Of a stretch of DNA of 58,790 nucleotides, positions 23,211 through 34,394 are shown piece by piece (the first letter of the stretch is position 1; every line of letters starts with the position of its first letter). A program made the translations under genes and the position numbers. The notes beneath the pieces are model-generated. The model was not told where the DNA came from, ran no database searches, and saw only the letters and a program-made list of their open reading frames with translations. The DNA comes from Microbispora sp. (GTDB lineage Bacteria > Actinomycetota > Actinomycetes > Streptosporangiales > Streptosporangiaceae), in contig JADGHC010000001.1 of the NCBI GenBank assembly GCA_019689655.1, forward strand, positions 1 through 58,790, in the 5' to 3' direction.

Positions 23211-24566
23211 TCAGCTCGCCCAGTCGAGCAGCGGCCGGGTGTTGCTGGGGTGGCGCAGCTTGGACAGCGACTCCTTCTCGAGCTGGCGGATCCGCTCCCG
23301 GGTCAGGCCCAGGTGCTTGCCTATCTCGTCCAGCGTGTGCGGCTTGCCGTCGGCCAGGCCGAAGCGCAGGCTCATGATCTTGGCCTCTCGCGGCGACAGG
23401 TTGTTCAGCACGCCCTTGAGCTGCTCGGCCAGCAGCTGCCGGTCCACGACCTCCGAGGCCTCGGGGGAGTCGACGTCCTCGATGAGGTCGCCGATGCGGG
23501 TCTCGCCGTCCTCCCCGATGGTCGAGTCGAGGCTGATCGGCTGCCGGCTGGTGCGCAGCAGCTCCTCGATCTGGTCGGGGGTCTTGTCCAGCTCGACGGC
23601 CAGCTCCTCCGGCGTGGGCTCCCGGCCGAGCCGCTGGTGCATGTCGCGCTCGACGCGCGACAGCTTCGACAGCATCTCCAGCACGTGGACGGGCAGCCGG
23701 ATCGTCCGGGCCGAGTCGGCGAAGCCGCGCTGGATGGCCTGCCGGATCCACCACATGGCGTACGTCGAGAACTTGTAGCCCTTGGTGTAGTCGAACTTCT
23801 CCACCGCGCGGATCAGGCCGAGGTTGCCCTCCTGTACGACGTCCAGCAGGGACATGCCGCGGTCGGTGTACTTCTTCGCCACCGAGACGACCAGGCGGAG
23901 GTTGGCCTCCAGCATGTGGTCCTTGGCCCGCCTGCCGTCCTCGATGACCCACTCCAGGTCCTCGCGCACGTGCGGAGGCAGATCCTCGCCGTTCTCGAGC
24001 GCGGTCTCCAGCTTGTACTCGGCGTACAGCCCGGCCTCGATGCGCTTGGCCAGCTCCACTTCCTGGGCGGCGGTGAGCAGCGTGCGGCGGCCGATGGACT
24101 TCAGGTAGGTGTGCACCGAGTCGCCCATGACCGAGGAGGTGTCGTCGAGGTCGAGCGTCCCGCTTTCGTCCATATCGGCCTCGTCGGCCTGGAGCTCCTC
24201 GTCGTACGGCTCCTCGTCGGCGGGCTCGGCCTTCTTCCTCGCGGCGCTCTTGGCGGCCTGCGCGGCCCGGCGGGACTTGCGGGTCTTGGCGGGGGCGGGC
24301 GTCCCCGTCTCCGCGACCGCCTCCGCGGTCGTCCGCGTGCCCGGCTCGATCTCCATGCCGTCGTCGGCGGCCAGGTGCACGCCCGCCTCGGTGAGCTCGC
24401 GCAGGATCGAGCGGCCCTCGGCGGGGCTGACGCCGGCCTTCGCGAAGGCCGCGCGCAGCTCCGGCAGGGAAAGGCGACCCTGCGCACGGCCTCGCTTCAG
24501 CAGCTGGTCGAGCGTCGTCGGGGTCGCCTCGCGCTCGGGCGAGGCCGCCACGGCGGTCCGGGGCAT
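23211..24566 (-). CDS. RNA polymerase sigma70 factor, principal-like (group 2, Hrd-type)
   Basis: [38 protein letters not shown] and [10 protein letters not shown]. Confidence 0.92.
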   Translation of the reverse strand: MPRTAVAASPEREATPTTLDQLLKRGRAQGRLSLPELRAAFAKAGVSPAEGRSILRELTEAGVHLAADDGMEIEPGTRTTAEAVAETGTPAPAKTRKSRRAAQAAKSAARKKAEPADEEPYDEELQADEADMDESGTLDLDDTSSVMGDSVHTYLKSIGRRTLLTAAQEVELAKRIEAGLYAEYKLETALENGEDLPPHVREDLEWVIEDGRRAKDHMLEANLRLVVSVAKKYTDRGMSLLDVVQEGNLGLIRAVEKFDYTKGYKFSTYAMWWIRQAIQRGFADSARTIRLPVHVLEMLSKLSRVERDMHQRLGREPTPEELAVELDKTPDQIEELLRTSRQPISLDSTIGEDGETRIGDLIEDVDSPEASEVVDRQLLAEQLKGVLNNLSPREAKIMSLRFGLADGKPHTLDEIGKHLGLTRERIRQLEKESLSKLRHPSNTRPLLDWAS

Positions 24567-24722
24567 GAGGACACCTCCTCCTTGCGGAGTTCGTGATTTT
24601 GACGCTTGCGATCGGGGCGCGGCGTCCGGCGGCTCGGCGCACCAGTATCAATAACGCTGTCGCGCCTGGTTTGTTCCCGCGCCCGGCGGGGGAGGTGTGA
24701 TGGTTTGGGCCCGGACCGGTCG

Positions 24723-25106
24723 TCAGTCGGGGACGATGGTGACGCTGACCTCGGGCATCGGCATGGGGCTCGCGCTCTTCATGCGCCCGGGCGTCCAGTA
24801 GCCCGACACCTGGTCCGGGTCGTCGGTGAGCATCTTGGAGAAGACGTCCGGGTCGATCTCCGGGCTGGACTGCGGGCCGGTGACCCCGCGCCGGTCGGCG
24901 TCGGCCGGGGCGACCCCCTTCGAACCGTCGCGGCTCGATCCGCCGTGGCCGGGCTCGGCGGTGGGGGAGCCGCCGGCCTTCGCGACGTCGTCCAAGCGTC
25001 CGGCGAAGGCGGCGGCCGTGACGGACGCCCCGCCCACGATGACGACGGCGACGAGCACGGCGGAGGCCATCATCTTGTGGGCCGGCGTGAGGCGGATCGG
25101 TTGCAT
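24723..25106 (-). CDS. Hypothetical secreted/membrane-anchored protein
   Basis: N-terminal hydrophobic segment; YWTPGRMKSA motif resembles actinobacterial protease propeptides. Confidence 0.55.
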   Translation of the reverse strand: MQPIRLTPAHKMMASAVLVAVVIVGGASVTAAAFAGRLDDVAKAGGSPTAEPGHGGSSRDGSKGVAPADADRRGVTGPQSSPEIDPDVFSKMLTDDPDQVSGYWTPGRMKSASPMPMPEVSVTIVPD

Positions 25107-25166
25107 GCGGCGTCCCCTTCCCCCGCTTGCGTTGCACGCGCGACGGTCATCCGCGGTTTCGGAGCC

Positions 25167-26309
25167 TCAGGTGCGGTTCTTCGGTTCCGGGTTTTTGAGT
25201 GTGACCATATCCGGTTTGCCGTTCGGCAGGAGCGGTATCTGGGGCACCACCTCGACGGCGCGTGGCGCGGCGTGGGCGGGCAGCCGCTCCTTCGCATGCG
25301 CCCGCAGCTCGCCGAGCGTGACCTCGGCGCCGTCCCGGGGGACCACGACGGCGGTCACGATCTCGCCCCACTCGGGGTCGGGCCTGCCCACCACCACGAC
25401 GTCGCGTACGGACGGGTGGCCGGCCAGGACCTCGGCGACCGCGCCGGCCACGACCTTCTCGCCGCCGGTGTTGATCACGTCGTCGGCCCGGCCGAGCACG
25501 GTGAGCCGGCCGTCCTCCATCGAGCCCAGGTCGGAGGTGACGAACCAGCCGCCCTCGAAGGGGTGTTCCTCGCGCAGGCGGTAGCCGGAAAACAGCACCG
25601 GGCCGCAGATCCGCACCCGCCCGTCGTCGCCGATCTTTACCTCGACGCCGTCCAGCGGCACGCCGTCGTACACGCACCCGCCGCTCGTCTCGCTCATGCC
25701 GTACGTGGTGACGATCCTGGCCCCGGCGGCGCGGGCCTCGGCCAGCAGGCTCGCGGGCGCGGCGGCCCCGCCGAGCAGGATGGCGCGGAACGCCCCGAGG
25801 TCCGCCCCCGCGTCGAGCATGCGCCGCAGCTGTGTGGGGACGAGCGACACGTACCCCGCCCCGCTCGCGGCGACCCGCTCCGGCGAGAAGCCGGCATGGA
25901 TGATCGGCTCGGTGCCGCACAGCAGCGCCCGGATGAGGACCTGCGCGCCCGAGATATGCGACGGCGGCAGGCAGCACAGCCAGCGGTCGCCCTCACGGGC
26001 GCCCAGCCTGGCCAGCGAGGCGCGGGCCGAGGCGAGCAGCGCCCCGGCCGGCAGCTCCACGCCCTTGGGGGTCCCGGTGGAGCCGGACGTCGCGATGATC
26101 AGCGCGGCGTCGGAAGGCACGCCGTCCGGCTCGCGCCGTACGCCGTCGGGGGTGACGACGTGGGTGGGCCGCAGCGCGGCGAGCGTGGCCTCGAGCGCGG
26201 GCCGCGGGAGGCCGGGCGACAGCGGCAGCACGGTGGGCCCGTCGCCGGTCAGGGCCTGCCGTACGGCCTCGGACAGGGCGGGCCCCGGAGGCAGGACGAG
26301 GGCGTGCAC
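25167..26309 (-). CDS. menE: O-succinylbenzoate-CoA ligase
   Basis: [32 protein letters not shown] and NGK motifs; divergent from menB; start approximate. Confidence 0.85.
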   Translation of the reverse strand: MHALVLPPGPALSEAVRQALTGDGPTVLPLSPGLPRPALEATLAALRPTHVVTPDGVRREPDGVPSDAALIIATSGSTGTPKGVELPAGALLASARASLARLGAREGDRWLCCLPPSHISGAQVLIRALLCGTEPIIHAGFSPERVAASGAGYVSLVPTQLRRMLDAGADLGAFRAILLGGAAAPASLLAEARAAGARIVTTYGMSETSGGCVYDGVPLDGVEVKIGDDGRVRICGPVLFSGYRLREEHPFEGGWFVTSDLGSMEDGRLTVLGRADDVINTGGEKVVAGAVAEVLAGHPSVRDVVVVGRPDPEWGEIVTAVVVPRDGAEVTLGELRAHAKERLPAHAAPRAVEVVPQIPLLPNGKPDMVTLKNPEPKNRT

Positions 26310-26418
26310 GGGGCGCTGTCCCGGGCGATGTCTGGCAGGGCTGAACACGGTCGTAAGGTTAGTCCCGGCGTGTCGCCCCCGAGGCGGCCGCCCGGTTGGT
26401 GACGACGAAGGAGTGAGT

Positions 26419-27249
26419 GTGTCGAGCGGGGTCGACTGGCAGCGGTCGGGCGAGTACGAGGACATCATCTACGAGACCGCGGAGGGAATGGCGAAGATCA
26501 CGATCAACCGCCCCGAGCGGCACAACGCCTTCCGCCCCACGACCCTGTTCGAGCTCCGGGATGCCTTCTACCGGGCGCAGGAGGACACCGAGGTAGGGGT
26601 GATCATCCTCACCGGCGCGGGGGACAAGGCGTTCTGCTCCGGCGGCGACCAGAAGATCCGCGGCGACGACGGCTACGTGGACGCCAAGACCCACGGCATC
26701 GGCCGGCTCAACGTCCTCGACCTGCAGGTGCAGATCCGCCGCTGCCCCAAGCCGGTCATCGCGATGGTGGCGGGCTACGCCATCGGCGGCGGCCACGTGC
26801 TGCACGTGTGCTGCGACCTGACGATCGCCGCGGACAACGCGAAGTTCGGCCAGACGGGCCCCAAGGTGGGCTCGTTCGACGGCGGGTACGGGTCCTGGCT
26901 GCTCGCCGAGACCGTGGGCCTGAAGCGGGCCCGCGAGATCTGGTACCTGTGCCGCCAGTACGACGCGCAGACCGCGCTCCAGTGGGGCCTGGTCAACGCG
27001 GTGGTGCCGCTGGAGCGCCTGGAGGAGGAGACCGTCCAGTGGGCCCGCGAGCTGCTGGAGAAGTCCCCGCTGGCGCTGCGCATGCTGAAGGGCGCGCTCA
27101 ACGCGGTGAGCGACGGCGCGGCCGGCATGCAGCAGTTCGCCGGCGACGCGACGATGCTCTACTACATGAGCGAGGAGGCCCAGGAGGGCCGCGACGCGTT
27201 CAAGGAGAAGCGCAAGCCGGACTTCTCGAAGTTCCCGCGCCGCCCGTAG
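26419..27249 (+). CDS. menB: 1,4-dihydroxy-2-naphthoyl-CoA synthase
   Basis: [27 protein letters not shown] and EGRDAF motifs. Confidence 0.95.
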   Translation: MSSGVDWQRSGEYEDIIYETAEGMAKITINRPERHNAFRPTTLFELRDAFYRAQEDTEVGVIILTGAGDKAFCSGGDQKIRGDDGYVDAKTHGIGRLNVLDLQVQIRRCPKPVIAMVAGYAIGGGHVLHVCCDLTIAADNAKFGQTGPKVGSFDGGYGSWLLAETVGLKRAREIWYLCRQYDAQTALQWGLVNAVVPLERLEEETVQWARELLEKSPLALRMLKGALNAVSDGAAGMQQFAGDATMLYYMSEEAQEGRDAFKEKRKPDFSKFPRRP

Positions 27250-27366
27250 GGGCCGCGGGATGACGGCGGCTTCTCGGCTTTGCCGTACGCTTGCGGCTGC
27301 GGGAATGGGAGGAGACGGGCGGTTGGCTGAGAACCGGGCGGACCGAGGCGTTGCGGAGGCGCGGCG

Positions 27367-29016
27367 GTGAACCCGGCGACCGCACTGTCAACCGTCCTGA
27401 TCGACGAACTGGTGCGCTGCGGGGTCACCGACGTGGTGCTCGCCCCGGGCTCGCGGTCCGCGCCGCTGGCGCTCGCCGCGCACGCCGAGTCGCGGCTGCG
27501 GCTGCACGTGCGCATCGACGAAAGGTCGGCCTCGTTCGTCGCGCTCGGCCTGGCCAAGCGGTCCGAGCGGCCGGTCGCCCTGATCTGCACCTCGGGCACG
27601 GCGGCGGCCAACTTCCACCCCGCCGTGATCGAGGCGTCGGAGTCGGGCGTGCCGCTGCTCCTGCTGACCGCCGACCGGCCGCCCGAGCTGCGCGGCACCG
27701 GGGCCAACCAGACGATCGACCAGATCAAGCTGTACGGCTCGGCCGTACGCTGGTTCGCGGAGATCGGCGTGCCGGAGGAACGGCCGGGCCAGGTGGCCTA
27801 CTGGCGGTCCCTGGTGTGCCGGGCCTTCCAGCGTGCCGCCGGCCCGCCGGACCCCGGTCCCGTCCACCTCAACGTGGCCTTCCGCGAGCCGCTGATTCCC
27901 GACGGCGACGAGACCTGGTGCGAGCCGCTGGACGGCGACGCCTCCGGCGCGTGGGTCCGGGCGCGGGTCGCGCCGCCCGCCGCGGCCCTGCACATCCCGC
28001 CGACCCGGCGCGGCGTGCTGGTCGTCGGCGACGGCGCCGCCAACGTGCGCAGGTACGTCGCCGCCGCCGGCATGGCGGGCTGGCCGGTGCTGTCGGAGCC
28101 CAGCGGCGGCGGCCGGTACGGCGACCACGCGATCTCGACCTACCACTTCCTGCTGAGCGACCAGGAGTGGGCCGACGCCCACCGGCCCGACGTCGTGGTC
28201 ACCCTCGGCCGCCCAGGGCTGTCGCGCCCGCTGCTGTCGTGGCTGCGCCGGGCCGAGGAGCACATCGTGGTGTCCCCCGACCTCACCCGGTGGCCCGACC
28301 CGACCCGATCGGCGACCCAGGTGGCCCAGGCCGTGGAGATCCCGATCGCCACGGGCGGCGACGCCTGGCTGCGCTCCTGGCGGCACGCCGAGCACCTGGC
28401 CCGCGCGGTGATCGACCAGGTGCTCGACTCCTCCGGGCTGACCGAGCCCCGGCTGGCCCGCGACCTCGCCGACGTGCTGCCCAACGGCTCGCTGCTGTTT
28501 TGCGGGTCGTCCATGCCGATCCGCGACCTCGACCAGGCCATGCGGCCCCGGCGGGGGCTGCGGCTGATGGCCAACCGGGGCGCCTCGGGCATCGACGGCC
28601 TGGTCTCCACCGCGGTCGGTGCCGCGCTGGCCCACAACGGCCCGGCGTACGCGCTGATCGGGGACCTCACCCTGCTGCACGACCAGAACGGCCTCATCCT
28701 GGGCCCGCGCGAGCCCCGGCCCGACCTGTGCCTGGTCGTGGTCAACAACGACGGCGGCGGGATCTTCTCGCTGCTGCCGCAGGCCGCGCTCGAGGAGCCG
28801 TTCGAGCGGGTCTTCGGCACCCCCCACGGAGTGGATCTCGGCTACCTGGCCGCCGCGAACGGCCTGCCGTACACGCTGGTCGAGGAGCCGGAGGGGCTGT
28901 CGAGGGCGATCAAGGGGGACGGCCTGCGGCTCGTGGAGGCGCGCACCGACCGGGTGAGCAACGCGGCCGTCCACGCCGCGATGCGCGAGGCCGTACGCGC
29001 GGCGATGCGCGACTGA
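27367..29016 (+). CDS. menD: SEPHCHC synthase
   Basis: PGSRSAPL, IDERSASF, TADRPPEL, ANRGASGIDG and NNDGGGIF. Confidence 0.95.
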   Translation: MNPATALSTVLIDELVRCGVTDVVLAPGSRSAPLALAAHAESRLRLHVRIDERSASFVALGLAKRSERPVALICTSGTAAANFHPAVIEASESGVPLLLLTADRPPELRGTGANQTIDQIKLYGSAVRWFAEIGVPEERPGQVAYWRSLVCRAFQRAAGPPDPGPVHLNVAFREPLIPDGDETWCEPLDGDASGAWVRARVAPPAAALHIPPTRRGVLVVGDGAANVRRYVAAAGMAGWPVLSEPSGGGRYGDHAISTYHFLLSDQEWADAHRPDVVVTLGRPGLSRPLLSWLRRAEEHIVVSPDLTRWPDPTRSATQVAQAVEIPIATGGDAWLRSWRHAEHLARAVIDQVLDSSGLTEPRLARDLADVLPNGSLLFCGSSMPIRDLDQAMRPRRGLRLMANRGASGIDGLVSTAVGAALAHNGPAYALIGDLTLLHDQNGLILGPREPRPDLCLVVVNNDGGGIFSLLPQAALEEPFERVFGTPHGVDLGYLAAANGLPYTLVEEPEGLSRAIKGDGLRLVEARTDRVSNAAVHAAMREAVRAAMRD

Positions 29017-29144
29017 TCGTCTTCGCGGCTGGGGCAAGGACACGCGGGTCCGTCCGGGGGCGGACCCGTCTTGGTCCTTCCGGCGGATGCCGCACCTCCG
29101 GGACGGCGGCAGAATGGGTGCCGGTTGCCGCGTGAAGGAGTGAG

Positions 29145-29786
29145 ATGCACGTCGACGAGTGGCTGCAGACCATCCCGTCCGTCTGGGTCTATGCGCTCGT
29201 GGGCGCCGTCATCGGGCTGGAGAGCCTCGGCATCCCGCTCCCGGGCGAGATCGTGCTGGTGAGCGCCGCGCTGCTGTCGTCCAAGGGGGTCGTGCACCCG
29301 GTGATCCTCGGGATCTGCGCGAGCGCCGGCGCCATCGTGGGGGACTCGATCGGCTACCTGATCGGCCGCAAGGGCGGGCGGCCGCTGTTCGACCGGCTGG
29401 GGCGGCGCTTCCCCAAGCACTTCGGCCCCGCGCACATCGCCAAGGCGGAGCAGGTGTTCAACCGCCACGGGATGTGGGCGGTGTTCTTCGGCCGGTTCAT
29501 CGCCCTGCTGCGCATCCTCGCCGGGCCGCTGGCCGGCGCCCTGCGCATGCCGTACTGGCGCTTCCTCATCGCCAACGTCCTCGGCGGCGCCGCGTGGGCC
29601 GGCGGGACCACGGCCGCGATCTACTACCTCGGCGTCGTGGCAGACAAGTGGCTGAAGGGCTTCTCCTGGGTGGGACTGGCGGCCGCCGTCCTGTTCGGCC
29701 TCGGCACCACGGTGTGGCTCAAGCGCAGGGCGGCCAAGGCGGCGGACAAGCAGGAGGTCGCCCCCGAGACCGTCGGCACCCCGTAA
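29145..29786 (+). CDS. DedA family membrane protein
   Basis: ESLGIPLPGE, GDSIGY and FFGRFIALLR motifs. Confidence 0.9.
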   Translation: MHVDEWLQTIPSVWVYALVGAVIGLESLGIPLPGEIVLVSAALLSSKGVVHPVILGICASAGAIVGDSIGYLIGRKGGRPLFDRLGRRFPKHFGPAHIAKAEQVFNRHGMWAVFFGRFIALLRILAGPLAGALRMPYWRFLIANVLGGAAWAGGTTAAIYYLGVVADKWLKGFSWVGLAAAVLFGLGTTVWLKRRAAKAADKQEVAPETVGTP

Positions 29787-29841
29787 CGCGGCGTCCGATT
29801 CCCGCCAGCCCCCGGGGCGGCCGGGAGGCCACGATGGGAGC

Positions 29842-30336
29842 ATGGCGTTCGAGATCAGGGCCATCGCGCCCGACGTGCTTGACCAGCTCAGGAAGACCGA
29901 CGACGCCGGGCGTGAGCCGCGCCGGATCGTCGACGAGGAGGGCGGCAGCCCGCTGCGCTGCTGCCTGCGCCGCTCCCGGCCCGGGGAGGCGCTCCTGCTC
30001 GCGGCCTACGCGCCGCTGCGCCGCTGGGCGCTGGAGACCGGTGCCGACCCCGGTGCGTACGACGAGGTCGGGCCGGTGTTCATCCACGAGGAGCCGTGCG
30101 GGGGACCCGGGCCCGGCTACCCCGCGGAGATGGGCGGCGACCGGAGGGTCTTCCGCGCCTACCACGCCGACGGCTCCATCCTGAACGGGTACCTCGTGGA
30201 GGCCCGGCAGTCGGCAGATCCCGCCGCGGCGTCGGTCCTGCTGGACACCCTGTTCGAGGATCCGGAGACGGCGGTGATCCACGTGCGGGCCGTGGAGTTC
30301 GGCTGCTTCCAGTTCGAGGTACGCCGCACTTCGTAA
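29842..30336 (+). CDS. DUF1203-like protein
   Basis: PLRCCLR, AYDEVGPVFIH and HVRAVEFGCF. Confidence 0.8.
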   Translation: MAFEIRAIAPDVLDQLRKTDDAGREPRRIVDEEGGSPLRCCLRRSRPGEALLLAAYAPLRRWALETGADPGAYDEVGPVFIHEEPCGGPGPGYPAEMGGDRRVFRAYHADGSILNGYLVEARQSADPAAASVLLDTLFEDPETAVIHVRAVEFGCFQFEVRRTS

Positions 30337-30368
30337 GGAACGCCGCCTGCTCGTGGACGCAGAGCCGC

Positions 30369-30992
30369 TCACCGGGGCCGGGGGCGCAGCCCGTCGAGGA
30401 TGAGCTGGGCGATGTGCGCGGAGCGCTCGCGGCTGGTCTCCGCGCCCGCGTGGCGGATCGCGGTGAAGGCGCCGGCGACCAGGGCCATCACCTCGTCGAC
30501 GGTGAGGTCGGGGCGTACGGCGCCGGCTTCCCGCGCGCGATCGAGCAGGTCCGCGACATGGCGCCTGAGGTCCGCCGCGACGTCCGGAGCGGCGGTGCGC
30601 AGGTCGAACTCGGCGGCCACCAGCGCGCTCTTCACCGCCACGTTCTCCGCGCCGCCGGCCATCATCGCGGACAGCAGCGTGAACAGGGCGGCGGGATCGC
30701 CGGTGGCGGCGAGCGCCTCCCCTTCCGCCACCAGTTTCCTGAGCTGGTCGATCGCGACGGCGAGATAGAGCGCTTCCTTCGTCGGGAAGTGCCGGTGGAC
30801 GGTGCCCGGGCCGACGCCCGCGCGGCGGGCGATCTCGTCGAGCGAGACGCCGAGCCCCTCCGTCGCGAACAGCCGCTGCGCGGTCCGCAGGACGCGCTCG
30901 CGATTGCGGCGCGCGTCGGCCCGCAGCTCCCGGCCGCGCCCGGGACCTGCCGCCGGGTTCGCCGGGACTGGCCGAGATGACTGGCTGGACAT
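30369..30992 (-). CDS. TetR/AcrR-family regulator
   Basis: LRADARRNRERVL...IARRAGVGPGTVHRHFPTKEAL. Confidence 0.9.
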   Translation of the reverse strand: MSSQSSRPVPANPAAGPGRGRELRADARRNRERVLRTAQRLFATEGLGVSLDEIARRAGVGPGTVHRHFPTKEALYLAVAIDQLRKLVAEGEALAATGDPAALFTLLSAMMAGGAENVAVKSALVAAEFDLRTAAPDVAADLRRHVADLLDRAREAGAVRPDLTVDEVMALVAGAFTAIRHAGAETSRERSAHIAQLILDGLRPRPR

Positions 30993-31005
30993 GTCCGGAT
31001 CAGCA

Positions 31006-31060
31006 TAACCGGGGTCCTGCCCCGGATAGTATGGCCGGAACCGGGGCGGCGCACCGGTTA
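31006..31060. promoter_or_regulatory. Two TetR-type operator palindromes between tetR and the SnoaL-like gene
   Basis: TAACCGGGG-N5-CCCCGGATA (31006-31028) and GAACCGGGG-N5-CACCGGTTA (31038-31060). Confidence 0.65.
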
Positions 31061-31104
31061 GACCTCGCGCCGCTCATGCCGCAGGCCACGAGGAGACCAC
31101 GCCG

Positions 31105-31491
31105 ATGACCACACGCGAGGACGCGACCGCCCTGGTGCTCCGGATGCAGGAGTGCTTCAACAGCCGGCGCTTCGACGAGGCCGACGACCTGTTCGTTCCC
31201 GGCTTCTTCAGCCATCCGCTCGGCACCCCCGGGTTCGAGGCGGGCAAGCGGGCCTGGCGTGCGCTCGTCGCCCGGCATCCCGGCATCCGCGTCGTGGCCC
31301 GGGACATCCTGGTCGACGGCGACAAGGCCGCCGTCCGTTCGGCCGTCGAGGGAATCACCGCTCCCGACGGCGACGCGCGGCCCGAGCTGTTCGAAATCTT
31401 CCGCATTGACGACGGCCGGTTCGCGGAGATGTGGGGGGCCAGTACGGGCTGGCCGCCCGCGGCCGGTCCCGGGGATGTGGTTGCCGGATGA
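31105..31491 (+). CDS. SnoaL-like/ester cyclase (NTF2 fold) protein
   Basis: DILVDGDKAAVR and EIFRIDDGRFAEMWG. Confidence 0.75.
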   Translation: MTTREDATALVLRMQECFNSRRFDEADDLFVPGFFSHPLGTPGFEAGKRAWRALVARHPGIRVVARDILVDGDKAAVRSAVEGITAPDGDARPELFEIFRIDDGRFAEMWGASTGWPPAAGPGDVVAG

Positions 31492-31504
31492 ACCGGGACT
31501 GACA

Positions 31505-31523
31505 TTACTTTGTAAAGGCGGCG
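31505..31523 (+). other. Motif copy B
   Basis: TTACTTTGTAAAGGCGGCG in the yigZ promoter region. Confidence 0.55.
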
Positions 31524-31542
31524 GGCTGAATAAGCTGACCTT

Positions 31543-32163
31543 GTGGCAGCGCCGTACCGGACGATCAAGGACATCGTCGAGCACGAGATCGAGGTCCGCC
31601 GTTCGCGCTTCATCTGCGCGCTCGCACCGGCGGCCACGGAGGAGGCCGCGCGGGCGTTCGTCGCGGAGCGGAAGCGGCTCTACGGTGACGCGACGCACAA
31701 CTGCTCGGCGTACGTCATCGGGCAGAGCGTCCGGAGAGCGGACGACGACGGGGAGCCGGGCGGCACGGCCGGCACGCCCATGCTGGAGATGCTCGCCCGG
31801 CGCGGCTTCGCGGACGTGGTCGCCGTCGTCACCCGCTACTTCGGCGGGGTGCTGCTGGGCGCGGGCGGCCTCGCCCGGGCGTACGGCGGAGTGGTGGGGG
31901 AGACGCTCGACCGGGCCGAGGTGGTCGAGATGGTTCCGGCTGCGGTCGTGACGGTGTCGGTCGGCCACGCGCAGGCGGGGCGGCTGGAAAGCGACCTGCG
32001 TGCCTCGCCGTACTCGCTGCGCGGCGTCGACTACGGCGCACGGGTCGTGTTCGAGGTGGCGGTCGCCGAGGACCGGCTGCCCGCCTTCGAGGAGTGGATC
32101 GCGGGGGTGACCGCCGGGCGGGCCGAGACCGCGCTCGGCGGCACCGTCCACCTCGCCCGGTGA
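31543..32163 (+). CDS. yigZ: YigZ/IMPACT family protein
   Basis: RSRFI, ATHNCSAY, DDGEPGGTAG and RYFGGVLLGAGGL. Confidence 0.92.
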   Translation: MAAPYRTIKDIVEHEIEVRRSRFICALAPAATEEAARAFVAERKRLYGDATHNCSAYVIGQSVRRADDDGEPGGTAGTPMLEMLARRGFADVVAVVTRYFGGVLLGAGGLARAYGGVVGETLDRAEVVEMVPAAVVTVSVGHAQAGRLESDLRASPYSLRGVDYGARVVFEVAVAEDRLPAFEEWIAGVTAGRAETALGGTVHLAR

Positions 32164-32173
32164 GGCCCGGCGG

Positions 32174-33406
32174 TCACCCTTCCAGGGCGTACTGCATCGC
32201 GCGCAACTTGGCCTGCGCCTCGGCGAGCTCGGCGGCGGGGTCGGAGCCGGCCATGATGCCGCAGCCGGCGAACAACCGGGCCTGCCTGCCCGAGACGTAC
32301 GCGCAGCGCAGCGCGATGCCCCACTCGCCGTCGCCGCGTGAGTCGATCCAGCCGACCGGACCGGCGTAGCCCGCCCGGCCCATGCCTTCCAGCTCACGGA
32401 TGACCTCGAGCGCGGCGCCCGTGGGGGTCCCGCCGACGGCGGCCGTGGGATGCATGGCCGCCACCACGTCGAGCACCGAGGCGCCGTCGGACAGCCGCCC
32501 GGTGACCCGGCTGGCCAGGTGCTGCACGTTGGGCAGGACCAGGAGCTCGGGTTCGTCGGGGACGTGCAGGTCCGAACACAGGGGAGCGAGGGCCTCCCGG
32601 ACGGACGCGACCGCGCAGGCGTGCTCGTGGCGGTCCTTCTGCGAGGCGTACAGGGCGGCGCCGCGGGCGGCGTCGTCGGCGGGGTCGCTGCCGCGGGGCG
32701 TCGTGCCCGCGAGCACCAGCGACTCGACCGCCTGCCCGGTGTGCCGCACCAGCAGTTCCGGCGTCGCGCCGACCAGCCCGTCCACGGAGAACGTGTAGCA
32801 CTCGGGGTAGCGCTCGGCCAGCCGGGTCAGCAGCACGCGGGGGTCGATGTCCCGTTCGGCGACGGCCGTCAGATCGCGGGCGAGCACGACCTTGTCCAGC
32901 AGGCCGTCCTTGATCCGCCGTACGGCTTGCGCGACCCGGTGCTCCCACTCGGGTGCCGTCAGCGAGCCGTCGCCGTACCGGATGCGGCCGGGCTCGGCCG
33001 GCGGGGTGACCAGGTCGAAGGCGTCGTCGCCGATCGTGGTGAGCCAGGCGCGGCCGTCGCGGCGGGCGAGCACCACGCGGGGGACGACCAGCACGCTCCC
33101 CGGGGCGTCGCGGTCGAAGGTGAAGGAGCCGAAGGCGACCGGTCCCGAGCCGGGCACGCCGACCTCGTCCTCGATGAGCGCCCCGGTGAACAGGGAGGAG
33201 AGCCAGCCGCGCGCCCAGTCGAACCGGCCGGGGCCCGGCGGCACCGCGGCCCGTACCGCCTGCCCCCAGCCCACGAGACCTTCACCGTGTCTGATCCAGG
33301 CGTACGGCGCGGCGTCCGGCAGACGCGCCAGCAGGTCGTCAGGGTCGCTCACCGCGACCGTGCGAACCACAAGGGGCCGGAGAAGAGCGACACTCACCCG
33401 ACTCAC
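32174..33406 (-). CDS. menF: Isochorismate synthase
   Basis: KVVLAR, GATPELL, LAGT, NVQHL, HPTAAVGGTP and AGCGI motifs; near the men genes. Confidence 0.88.
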   Translation of the reverse strand: MSRVSVALLRPLVVRTVAVSDPDDLLARLPDAAPYAWIRHGEGLVGWGQAVRAAVPPGPGRFDWARGWLSSLFTGALIEDEVGVPGSGPVAFGSFTFDRDAPGSVLVVPRVVLARRDGRAWLTTIGDDAFDLVTPPAEPGRIRYGDGSLTAPEWEHRVAQAVRRIKDGLLDKVVLARDLTAVAERDIDPRVLLTRLAERYPECYTFSVDGLVGATPELLVRHTGQAVESLVLAGTTPRGSDPADDAARGAALYASQKDRHEHACAVASVREALAPLCSDLHVPDEPELLVLPNVQHLASRVTGRLSDGASVLDVVAAMHPTAAVGGTPTGAALEVIRELEGMGRAGYAGPVGWIDSRGDGEWGIALRCAYVSGRQARLFAGCGIMAGSDPAAELAEAQAKLRAMQYALEG

Positions 33407-33570
33407 TCTACGCAGGATCTGAACATGTTCGACACCAGGCCCCCCGGTATGCGGCTGCCGCCCCTTCTGTCAAGCCGCGATAGGAACTTGGTCATGGAAG
33501 GCCCGACTTCCCCGGTGGCGATAGAGCGCACCTCCACGCGATCCCTACCTTTGATCTCCCGGAGGTGCCG

Positions 33571-34389
33571 ATGATCAAGAAGATCACGCCGGTCCTGGCC
33601 GCGGCCGTCCTGCTCGCGCCGACCGGCGCCCACGCCCGTACGATTCCCACCGTGATGGCGGCGCTGGGCGACTCGATCAGCGCGGGGTTCAACGCCTGCG
33701 GCTGGTATGTCGCCTGCACGTCCCGATCGTGGTCCGCCGGCGACTCGCCGTCGGTGAACAGCCACTACCTGCGCCTGCTCGCGATGGGAAGCTCGATCAA
33801 GGGGCACAACCTGAACTTCGCCGTTCCGGGGTCGACCAGCGCCGACCTGCCCGGGCAGGCGCGCAAGGCCGCCGAGGCCGGCGCCGGCTACGTCACGGTC
33901 CTGATCGGGGCGCAGGACGCCTGCGTGGGTTCCGAGAAGGAGATGACGCCGGTTGGAACGTTCCGCCGCAACATCGACAAGGCCTTCGACGTGTTGCGGC
34001 CCACCGGTGCGCGGATCCTCGTCGCGAGCATTCCGGACGTCAAGCGGCTGTGGCGGGTCGGCAAGGACAACGCCTGGGCGCGGCTGTTTTGGACCATCGG
34101 CCATATCTGCCAGTCGATGCTGGCCAACCCGAAGTCCACCGCGAAGAAGGACGAGGCCAGGCGCGACCGGGTGCGCGAGCGGATCATGGACTACAACGAG
34201 CAGCTCAAGCAGGCGTGCGCGAGGTACGGCCCGAACTGCCGTTACGACGGGGGCGCGGTCTTCTCCTACCCGTTCACGCTGAAGCAGGTGAGCGCCTGGG
34301 ACTACTTCCACCCCAACGCCGACGGGCAGAAGGTGCTCGCCAAGATCACCTTTGACCGCGACTTCTTCTCCGGCGCCGTCGAGCCCTGA
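33571..34389 (+). CDS. Secreted SGNH/GDSL hydrolase
   Basis: Signal peptide, LGDSIS and DYFHP motifs. Confidence 0.88.
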   Translation: MIKKITPVLAAAVLLAPTGAHARTIPTVMAALGDSISAGFNACGWYVACTSRSWSAGDSPSVNSHYLRLLAMGSSIKGHNLNFAVPGSTSADLPGQARKAAEAGAGYVTVLIGAQDACVGSEKEMTPVGTFRRNIDKAFDVLRPTGARILVASIPDVKRLWRVGKDNAWARLFWTIGHICQSMLANPKSTAKKDEARRDRVRERIMDYNEQLKQACARYGPNCRYDGGAVFSYPFTLKQVSAWDYFHPNADGQKVLAKITFDRDFFSGAVEP

Positions 34390-34394
34390 CCCCC

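Noticed and set aside
33421-33432. GAACATGTTCGA as an SOS box upstream of menF
   Set aside because: Spacer is 2 bp rather than 4; only a 10-bp palindrome.
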